Shown here: in pieces, positions 1 through 7,215 of the stretch
Position numbering within the stretch: the stretch's first letter is position 1
Layout of the letters: every line of letters begins with the position of its first letter
Assembly: GCA_041492755.1 (NCBI GenBank)
Contig: JBGPXN010000074.1
Coordinates: 1-21,291, forward strand
Origin: Candidatus Methylomirabilia bacterium
Lineage (GTDB): Bacteria; Methylomirabilota; Methylomirabilia; Rokubacteriales; CSP1-6
DNA length: 21,291 nt
Reading direction: 5' to 3'
Made by a program: the position numbers and the translations under genes
Notes under the pieces: generated by a model
Told to the model about the DNA's origin: nothing
Database searches by the model: none
Seen by the model: only the letters and a program-made list of their open reading frames with translations

Positions 1-159
1 CAGAAGAGTAGCCCGCGTAGGCGTCGGCCTGCAGATAGCCACGGAACGCGCCGAGGCACGCCGGGGCCCCGCGCGACAGTGATTCGGCGTGTAGTCGTAC
101 ACGAGGTTCGCCGGCGTCTGATCCCCCACGTACACCCACAGCCGGCCCTCGCGGGTCGT
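1..159 (-). pseudogene. IS66-family transposase (TnpC-like) fragment, frameshifted
   Basis: Manual translation gives TTREGRLWVYVGDQTPANLVYDYTPNHCRAGP, then after a 1-nt shift near 62-64 ACLGAFRGYLQADAYAGY. This matches the IS66 core motifs GRLWxY and FxGxLQADAYAGY. An in-frame TGA sits at 160-162 and there is no start codon. It may continue left of the window. Confidence 0.85.
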
Positions 160-191
160 TCAGTCGTGGCCAGTGGTCCCGAGGGTGGTCG

Positions 192-908
192 TCAATCGAG
201 GCGGGGTGCCTGGACCACGCGGTCGGCCACGTCCGGGAGTGCCGGCACGAGCCAGCGGAACAGCGCGGTGGCCGACGCGGCCCCGAGGATCTGCACGGCG
301 ATGAACCCAGGGACGTCGGCCGGGCGGATGCCGGCAAACGTATCGCTGGCCGATCGGGCGAGGGTGACGGCGGGATTTGCAAACGAGGTCGACGCCGTAA
401 ACCAGTACGCGGCCGTGATGTAGGCGGCGACGGCAAACGGGACGGCCGAGGAACGCCGGCGCGCGCAGCCCCAGATCACGGCGAGCAGCCCGAACGTCGC
501 GACGTACTCGCTGAGGAGCTGGGCGGCGCCGTGGCGGGCGCGCTGCGAGGCGAAGAACAGCGGCAGCTCGAACATCGCATTGGCGAGCGCGACCCCCACG
601 AACGCGCCGGCGACTTGCGCGGCGACGTACGAAGGCACGTCCGACCACGGGAGGCCGCCCTGCGAGGCGTCGGCGAGCGTGACGGCCGGGTTGAAATGCG
701 CGCCCGAGATGGATCCAAACGTCAGGATCAGCGCGACCAACCCCGCGCCCGTCGCCAGCGTGTTGGCCAGAAGCGCGATGGCGGCGTTCCCGCCGGCGAG
801 GCGCTCGCCCATGATCCCGGATCCCACCACGGTGGCGAGGAGGAGCGCGGTGCCCACCGCTTCGGCGGTGGCCCGACGCGCCAAACCGGGGCGATGCGCG
901 CCGCTCAT
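192..908 (-). CDS. aqpS: MIP-family channel, AqpS-type (arsenic-operon-associated) aquaporin
   Basis: C-terminal 238 aa of ORF 192..1919, starting MSGAHRP (ATG 908). Two NPA boxes ([20 protein letters not shown]) plus VVGSGIM and [18 protein letters not shown] segments typical of the AqpS clade. Confidence 0.88.
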   Translation of the reverse strand: MSGAHRPGLARRATAEAVGTALLLATVVGSGIMGERLAGGNAAIALLANTLATGAGLVALILTFGSISGAHFNPAVTLADASQGGLPWSDVPSYVAAQVAGAFVGVALANAMFELPLFFASQRARHGAAQLLSEYVATFGLLAVIWGCARRRSSAVPFAVAAYITAAYWFTASTSFANPAVTLARSASDTFAGIRPADVPGFIAVQILGAASATALFRWLVPALPDVADRVVQAPRLD

Positions 909-997
909 CGGCTCCAGTGCAGTCGCGTCGTGCGGCCCGGGAAGACCGGGTACCGTTCGTTGGCGTTGTCGCAGACCGTGATCACGTAGTCCCAGTA
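905..997 (-). pseudogene. arsC: Internal fragment of thioredoxin-type (LMW-PTP fold) arsenate reductase
   Basis: Translates [30 protein letters not shown], matching the ArsC segment [19 protein letters not shown]...LHW. It lacks the N-terminal CX5R loop and the C-terminal DP motif, and the second resolving Cys is Tyr (TAC). Confidence 0.85.
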
Positions 998-2278
998 TCA
1001 CCGGTCCTGGTTGCAGAGATCGAGCGCGGTGAGCGCGTAGAGCCGGCTGCCGGTGACGAGGTCGGAGATCCGCATGCCGAAATTGCCGCCGCCGACGCTG
1101 ATGCCCGGACCGTAGGTCAGAGCCGGGATGCGCATCTCGTTGAAGCAGTTGATGTCGCGCCACATGCTGGAAAACGGCGGCGACGCCTGCTTGGGCGTGC
1201 CGCCCAGGATGGCCTGGTGCGCGCGCGTGATGGCGCCGGCCAGCGGCTCGACCTTCTGCGGATCGGCCTCGAACGCCGGGCGGTACGTGTACAGCTCCAC
1301 CTCGCCCTCGAGCCCCAGCCCGGCCACGAGCCGGCGCAGGTCCTCGCGGATGTCGAGCGGGTTCTGCACCGGCGTGACGCGCACGTCGACGTAGATGGCG
1401 CACTGCTGGACGGTCTTGGTGATCTTGTACGGCACGCCGCCGCGGATGGCGCCGACGTTCACGCGGGGCACGATCACGCCGCCCTTGCACTCGTAGCGGT
1501 TTTTCTTCTCGTACTCGAAGGCCCACTCCTCGAGCCTCTGGAGCACGGGCGCCATCCGGACGATCGCGTTCGGGTTCTTCTCGATGGGGTTCGGGCGCGA
1601 GATGTACGGCGTGTAGATGGGCAGGTCGTTGCCGAACGTGGTGATCTTGAAGAACGCCTTGCCGGCCTCGACCCCGACCAGACCGAAGTCGGTGCCCTCG
1701 GCCACCAGCGCGAAGTCGCCCACGCCCCCGTGGGTGATGGCGAAGCGCGTGCCGGCCTCCTTGGCCAGGTACTGCGGCGACTGGAACTCGTCCACGGGCT
1801 CCAGGCCGATCTCGCCGACGACCGACATCAGGAGGAGGTCGCCTTTCATCTTCACGCCGCTGTCCTTGATGGCCTTGGCGGCGAGCAGCCAGGTCGCCAT
1901 CGGGCCCTTGTCGTTGCACACGCCGTTGCCGACGAGCACGTCACCCTCGCGCCACGCCGAGTGGAAGACCGGATCGGCGGCGCGCCGGGTGGTCCAGTAC
2001 TCGTCCTTGTGGATGGTCGTGTCCATGTGGCTGTTGAACACGAGACATCGCCCCTGCCCCGAGCCTGGCAGCGTGCCGATGACGTTGGGACGATCGGCGA
2101 TCAGGCCGATCTTCTTCGCGGCGAATCCCTGGCGCGTCAGCCAGTCGTGGACGTAGTCGGCGACGGGACCTTCGCTCCCGGTGGGGCTGTCGATGTTGCC
2201 GAGGTCGAGCGCGACCTTCACCAGCTCGTCGACGTCGATCTTGTCCATGACCTTCTGCGCGGTGGCGTCGATGCTCAT
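998..2278 (-). CDS. M20 (ArgE/DapE-like) metallo-amidohydrolase with a non-canonical metal site
   Basis: 426 aa with SPTGSEG, RPNVIGTL, FNSHMDT, GNGVCNDKG and YGPG motifs. ATGA overlap with the upstream ATPase stop. Confidence 0.88.
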   Translation of the reverse strand: MSIDATAQKVMDKIDVDELVKVALDLGNIDSPTGSEGPVADYVHDWLTRQGFAAKKIGLIADRPNVIGTLPGSGQGRCLVFNSHMDTTIHKDEYWTTRRAADPVFHSAWREGDVLVGNGVCNDKGPMATWLLAAKAIKDSGVKMKGDLLLMSVVGEIGLEPVDEFQSPQYLAKEAGTRFAITHGGVGDFALVAEGTDFGLVGVEAGKAFFKITTFGNDLPIYTPYISRPNPIEKNPNAIVRMAPVLQRLEEWAFEYEKKNRYECKGGVIVPRVNVGAIRGGVPYKITKTVQQCAIYVDVRVTPVQNPLDIREDLRRLVAGLGLEGEVELYTYRPAFEADPQKVEPLAGAITRAHQAILGGTPKQASPPFSSMWRDINCFNEMRIPALTYGPGISVGGGNFGMRISDLVTGSRLYALTALDLCNQDR

Positions 2279-3054
2279 GCACGAGACTCCTTTAGGGGTT
2301 CATTGCTCTGCAGCATGCGTTGGATGTCGGCGCGCAACCCCGTGACCGACGTCGCCGGCCCCGTGCGCAGGTCGATGTCGGCGAGCAGCGTGCCGGGGCG
2401 GCCGAAGACGAGGATGCGGCCGCCGATCTCGATCGCCTCCTCGAGCTGATGCGTGACGAGGACGGCGGTGTTGCCCGCCGTGCGGGCCAGCTCGATGAAG
2501 GTGGTGCGGAGCGCGGCCGCGGTGACCTCGTCGAGGTGGCCGAAGGCCTCGTCGGCGAGCAGCAGCGCCGGCTCGATCACGAACGCGCGGGCGAGCGCGA
2601 CGCGCTGGCGCATGCCACCCGAGAGCTCGTGGGGATAGGCGTTCTCGAAGCGCGCGAGGCCGAGGCGATCCAGCCAGGAGCGCGCACGCTCGATCTGCTC
2701 GCGCGGATCGCGGCCGAGCAGCTCGAGCGGCAGGCGTACGTTGTCGAGGGCGCTGCGCCACGGCAGCAGCCGGTCTTGCTGGAAGACCGCGGCCAGCACG
2801 CCGCGGAAGTGGTCGAACTCGTCGTAGGGCGCGCGGCCGCCGATGGCGACGCGGCCCGCGGTCGGCCGGTCGAGCCCGATCAGGATGTTGAGAAAGGTCG
2901 ACTTGCCGCAGCCGGTCTGGCCGACGATCGCAACCATCTCGCCCTGAGGAATGGAAAAGTCCAGACGCTCGATGGCCACCACCGCCTCGCCCGTGCCCGT
3001 CTGGTGGAAGACCTTCCGGAGCCCGCTGACGTCGATGGCGCCCGCGCCCTTCAT
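2275..3054 (-). CDS. ABC transporter ATP-binding protein, NitT/TauT family (system 2)
   Basis: Starts MKGAGAID (ATG 3054, ATGA overlap with the permease stop). Walker A GQTGCGKST, signature LSGGMRQR, Walker B LLADEAF, VTH switch. Confidence 0.92.
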   Translation of the reverse strand: MKGAGAIDVSGLRKVFHQTGTGEAVVAIERLDFSIPQGEMVAIVGQTGCGKSTFLNILIGLDRPTAGRVAIGGRAPYDEFDHFRGVLAAVFQQDRLLPWRSALDNVRLPLELLGRDPREQIERARSWLDRLGLARFENAYPHELSGGMRQRVALARAFVIEPALLLADEAFGHLDEVTAAALRTTFIELARTAGNTAVLVTHQLEEAIEIGGRILVFGRPGTLLADIDLRTGPATSVTGLRADIQRMLQSNEPLKESRA

Positions 3055-3833
3055 GCGCGCCAGCGCAGCACGCGCTCCTCCACCCGCGTGAGGACAGCCT
3101 CGGCGAGGAAGAGGATCACGACCAGGATGAGGGTCCACGCGAACACGTCGGAGACCGAGAACAGCTCCTGGGCCACGACGAGGCCGTAGCCGATGCCGGT
3201 CACCGCGCCCACCAGCTCGGCAATCGTCACCACGCGGATGGCCAGGCTCAGGTTGATTCTCCAGCTCGTGAGGATCGCGGGCACGATGGCGGGCAGCACC
3301 AGCTTCGTGAACAGCTGCGCGCGCGTGGGGCGGAACGAGCGGAGCATGTCGCGCAGATCTTTCGATACGCCCTTCATCGCGTCGAGGGCATCCACCAGGA
3401 ACACGGGACCGCACACCACCACCAGCACGAACGCGATCCGGAACTCCACCCACTTGAACCAGAGCACCGCGAACAGGATCCAGCACACGACGGGCACCGC
3501 CATGAGCAGGCGGACGATGGGCCGGGCGTAGCGCTCCACGCGCGACGAGGCGTACATCGCCACCGCCAGCCCGAGGCCGACGGCGAACGACACGACGAGG
3601 GCGGCGACGACGCGGGCCAGGGTGACGAGGACGAAATCCATCCGCAGGCCGACCAGGCTCTTCCAGATGCGAGCCCAGCCCGGGACGATGAACGGCGGCA
3701 CGAACCTCGAGACGATCTCCCACGCGACCGCGAGCACGAGGAGGCCGATCACCATCTCCCGCGGAAAGCGGAACGGCGTGCGCGCCTCCAGCGCCGCGAC
3801 CGTCTCGCTGCCGATCACCTCGTCCCGCTTCAT
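3051..3833 (-). CDS. ABC transporter permease, NitT/TauT family (system 2)
   Basis: Hydrophobic ORF from MKRDEVIG (ATG 3833, 2 nt after the SBP stop). EAA-like loop DMLRSFRPTRAQLFTKLVLP and IAELVGAVTGIGY. Confidence 0.88.
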   Translation of the reverse strand: MKRDEVIGSETVAALEARTPFRFPREMVIGLLVLAVAWEIVSRFVPPFIVPGWARIWKSLVGLRMDFVLVTLARVVAALVVSFAVGLGLAVAMYASSRVERYARPIVRLLMAVPVVCWILFAVLWFKWVEFRIAFVLVVVCGPVFLVDALDAMKGVSKDLRDMLRSFRPTRAQLFTKLVLPAIVPAILTSWRINLSLAIRVVTIAELVGAVTGIGYGLVVAQELFSVSDVFAWTLILVVILFLAEAVLTRVEERVLRWRA

Positions 3834-3835
3834 GG

Positions 3836-4810
3836 TCAGGGCTTGTAGATCGCGCCCTCGTCCGGCAGCTTCGGCAGATACCCGACGTCCACGGCGATCT
3901 TGAACATGTCCCAGATGACCGCCCGCTCGCTTTCCCACGCGGGCAGGACGTCGTAGACCAGCCGCCCGGACGCCACCGCCTCCTTGAAGATCCCGGGCGG
4001 CAGCTTGATGCTGCCGACCACGATGCGGTCGGCGGCGTCGAGGTTCGCCTTGATGAACCGCTGGCCGTCCTGGAACATCCGCAGCAGCCGCGAGATCGAG
4101 TCCGGGCTCTTCTTGAGGAAGTCCTCGCGCACCGCGACCACGAGCTCCCAGCCCGCGGCCTTGGCGATGGTCTTCCAGGCGGTGTCGCCGGCGAAGATGG
4201 TGCGGTACTGCGGATTGTCACGCAGGGTGAGCGTCGCCGACGGCTCCCACGTCATCGCCGCATCCACCCGCTTGGCCTGGAGCTGCGTGCGCGCGAGCGG
4301 CGGACCGGCCTGCACCACGCTGACGTCCTTGCCGAAGACGACGCCCTGGCTGCGGCCGTAGAGGGCCAGGATCTGGTATTCCGACGAGCCCATGTCGGCC
4401 GCGATGGAACGGCCCTTGAGGTCCGCGATCGTCTTGATCGCGGGATCGGCGGTGATGACCGTGAGCGCGTTGAGCCGCGCGTAGGTCAGGGCCGCCTTGA
4501 TCGGCACGCCCTCCAGCCGCATCTTCTGCAGCACGTGGGGCCCGGCCGGCACCATGTCCACTTCGCCGGTGGCCAGGGCGGCGTAGTACGCGGAGATCGC
4601 GCCCAGCGTCACCGGCTCGAGGTCGATGCCGTGCTTCTTGTCGAGCCCCTGGTCCTTGACGATGTCGATCATCATCGTCGAGAGCGACGGGAACGCGAGC
4701 CGCCCGATCTTGACCTTGACCGGCTCCTGGCTCTGCGCCGGCGGCGCCAGCGCGACGACGGCCCCCCACGCGGCCAACCACACGCCCGTTGCGATCAGCA
4801 GTCTTTTCAT
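3836..4810 (-). CDS. ABC transporter substrate-binding protein, NitT/TauT (NMT1/SsuA-like) (system 2)
   Basis: Signal peptide MKRLLIATGVWLAAWGAVVALAPPAQSQ, GGGGGAG Shine-Dalgarno, DLKGRSIA and DAAMTWEP motifs. An alternative coupled start exists at 4870. Confidence 0.88.
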   Translation of the reverse strand: MKRLLIATGVWLAAWGAVVALAPPAQSQEPVKVKIGRLAFPSLSTMMIDIVKDQGLDKKHGIDLEPVTLGAISAYYAALATGEVDMVPAGPHVLQKMRLEGVPIKAALTYARLNALTVITADPAIKTIADLKGRSIAADMGSSEYQILALYGRSQGVVFGKDVSVVQAGPPLARTQLQAKRVDAAMTWEPSATLTLRDNPQYRTIFAGDTAWKTIAKAAGWELVVAVREDFLKKSPDSISRLLRMFQDGQRFIKANLDAADRIVVGSIKLPPGIFKEAVASGRLVYDVLPAWESERAVIWDMFKIAVDVGYLPKLPDEGAIYKP

Positions 4811-4866
4811 CGCCCGTTCTCCCCCGGCGTCCAGCGGTGACGCCACCGTGGCCGGCTTCGTGCCTG

Positions 4867-7215
4867 TCATGCGCGTGCCCCTTTGATGAGGCGGTAGACG
4901 CGATCCGGAGTCAGCGGCAGATCGCGGACGTCGATCCCGAGCGGGGCCAGCGCGTCGGCGACCGCGTTGGCCACCGCCGACGTCGAGCCGATCGTCCCGC
5001 CCTCCGCCATGCCCTTGAAGCCACTCACGGTGACCGCGGGTGGCGTCTCCATGTGCACGATCTCGAGCGGCGGCACGTCCATGGCCCCGGGGATCAGGTA
5101 GTCCATGAAGCTCGTCGTCAGGGGCTGGCCGGTGTCGTCGTACGCGATCTCCTCGTAGAGCGCGTTGCCGATCCCCTGCGCGATGGCGCCGTGCGTCTGG
5201 CCGTCGACGATCATCGGATTGACGATCCGTCCGCAGTCCTCGACCACGACGTGGCGCACGAGCGCCACCTGCCCCGTCTCCGGGTCGACCTCGACCACCG
5301 CCACGTGCGAGCCGTTCGCGAACGTGGCCGGCGGCGGATCGTAGTATTGCGTGGCCTCGAGCGCCGGATCCACGCCCGGGGGGAGCGTACCGCCGGCCGG
5401 CCGGTAGGCGAGCGCCGCCACGTCGGTGACGGTCAGCGTCCGGCCCGGCGCGCCGCGCACCGCGATCGTGCCGCCTTCGATGGTGAGATCCTCGGGCGCC
5501 GCTTCGAGCATGTGCCCGGCGATCTTGCCGATCTTCTCGCGCACCCGGCGCGCGGCCAGGATGAGCGCGCCCCCGCTCACGACCATGCTGCGGCTCGCGA
5601 AGGAGCCGCTCCCGTACGGGCAACGCTCGGTGTCGCCCTCGACGATCGTCACCGCGGCGAGATCCACGCCGAGCTCGTCGGCGAGCACCTGGGCCAGCGT
5701 CGTCGCGTGCCCCTGACCCTGCGACGCCGCGCTGACGAACGCGCGCACCTCCCCCGTCGGCTCGACCCGCACCGTGGCCGCGTCGTGGCCCGCGACCTGC
5801 CGCATGCCGCGGCGCCGGAAGGTCCCGGAGCCCAGGCCGGTGAACTCGGTGTACGCGGCCACGCCGATCCCGCGGTACTTCCCCCCCGGCGTACGTCGCG
5901 GCTGGCTGCGCAGACCGGCGTAGTCCGCCCTGGCCAGCGCGCGCTCGAGCGAGCGCTTGGGATCACCGCTGTCGAGCACGAGCCCCGAGGCCGTTGCGAA
6001 CGGCAGCTCGCCGGCGTCGACGAAGTTGCGCCGGCGCACCTCGACCGGGTCGAGCCCCGCGCGCCGGGCGATCATGTCGACCAGCCGCTCGCGCACGAAC
6101 GTGCCCAGCGCCATGCCGACGCCGCGATACGCCCCCGCCGGGCACTTGTTCGTCGCCACCGCGTACGCGTCGTAGGCCAGCGCGGGCAGCTTGTACGGAC
6201 CCGGCAGGATCCCGGCCGCGGTCAGCGGCTCGAGCGAGGCCGTCACCGGATACACGGAGTAGGCGCCGGAATCGCAGATGAGCGTGGACTTCAGCGCGAG
6301 CAGCGTGCCGTCCTTCCGCGCGCCGATCTCCACGTGGTTGACGTGGTCACGCGCCTGCGCGCTGGCCAGCAGGTTCTCGCGACGGTCCTCGAGCCAGCGC
6401 ACCGGATGGCGCAGCCGCCGCGCCAGCTGGGCGACCACGACGTCCTCCGGGTAGAGATGCATCTTCGGCCCGAAGCCGCCGCCCACGACCGGGCAGAGAA
6501 CGCGGATGCGCGAGTCGGGCATGCCGAGCGACTCCGCGAGCCCGCTGCGCATGAGATGCGGCGACTGCGACGACGCCCACACCGTGAGCATGCCGTCCAC
6601 CGGATCGACGAACGCCATCACCCCGCGCGGCTCCATCGGCACCGACGAGCAGCGGCCGTGACGGAACGTCTCCGCGATCCGGATCTCCGCGGAGGCGAGG
6701 GCCGGCTCGACGGCGCCGTTCTCGAAGTGGGTGTGGAAGAGGATGTTGTCGGGCAGATCCTCGTGCAGGCGCGGAGCGCCGGACCGCATGCTCGCCTCGA
6801 CGTCGACGACGGCGGGCAACGGATCGTAGACGACCTGGATCGCCTCCAGCGCGTCCTCGGCCCGGTACTGGTCGGCGGCCACCACCGCGGCCACGGGCTC
6901 TCCCGCGAAGCGGACCTTGCCCACGGCCAACGCCGGCCAGCTACTCTCCTTGTAACCTTCGCCGCTCATCGCGGCCCGGATCGGCCGCGTGCTCGGCGCG
7001 AGGTCGGCGCCGGTGACGACGACCTCGACGCCGGGTATCGCCAGCGCCGCCCGCGCGTCGATGGCGACGATGCGCGCGTGCGCGTGCGGGCTGCGGAGGA
7101 ACGCGACGGCGCGCAGCCCGGCCACGCGAAGATCGCCCATGAAGTGGGCACGCCCCATCAGCAGCGGCGGGTCCTCCGTGCGCTTGATGCGCTGGCCCAC
7201 GTAGCGCGCGGCCAT
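4867..7215 (-). CDS. Xanthine/CO-dehydrogenase-family molybdopterin-binding large subunit B
   Basis: 782 aa from MAARYVGQRIKRTED. Motifs RSPHAHARI, SSQSPH, GGGFGPK, AYRGVG, GQG, GSFASRS, INP-like VNPMIVDGQ and KGMAEG. It lacks the AYxCSFR motif of true form I CoxL. Confidence 0.93.
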   Translation of the reverse strand: MAARYVGQRIKRTEDPPLLMGRAHFMGDLRVAGLRAVAFLRSPHAHARIVAIDARAALAIPGVEVVVTGADLAPSTRPIRAAMSGEGYKESSWPALAVGKVRFAGEPVAAVVAADQYRAEDALEAIQVVYDPLPAVVDVEASMRSGAPRLHEDLPDNILFHTHFENGAVEPALASAEIRIAETFRHGRCSSVPMEPRGVMAFVDPVDGMLTVWASSQSPHLMRSGLAESLGMPDSRIRVLCPVVGGGFGPKMHLYPEDVVVAQLARRLRHPVRWLEDRRENLLASAQARDHVNHVEIGARKDGTLLALKSTLICDSGAYSVYPVTASLEPLTAAGILPGPYKLPALAYDAYAVATNKCPAGAYRGVGMALGTFVRERLVDMIARRAGLDPVEVRRRNFVDAGELPFATASGLVLDSGDPKRSLERALARADYAGLRSQPRRTPGGKYRGIGVAAYTEFTGLGSGTFRRRGMRQVAGHDAATVRVEPTGEVRAFVSAASQGQGHATTLAQVLADELGVDLAAVTIVEGDTERCPYGSGSFASRSMVVSGGALILAARRVREKIGKIAGHMLEAAPEDLTIEGGTIAVRGAPGRTLTVTDVAALAYRPAGGTLPPGVDPALEATQYYDPPPATFANGSHVAVVEVDPETGQVALVRHVVVEDCGRIVNPMIVDGQTHGAIAQGIGNALYEEIAYDDTGQPLTTSFMDYLIPGAMDVPPLEIVHMETPPAVTVSGFKGMAEGGTIGSTSAVANAVADALAPLGIDVRDLPLTPDRVYRLIKGARA

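Noticed and set aside
905..1000. Stop read-through or selenocysteine fusing M20 to the in-frame ArsC fragment
   Set aside because: The M20 ends at a normal length, no SECIS-like hairpin is evident, the fragment is catalytically dead, and an in-frame junction has a one-in-three chance.
909..1919. 575-aa aquaporin with a long N-terminal extension
   Set aside because: The extension is an Arg/Gly/Pro-rich off-frame reading of the M20 gene; MIP similarity begins at ATG 908.
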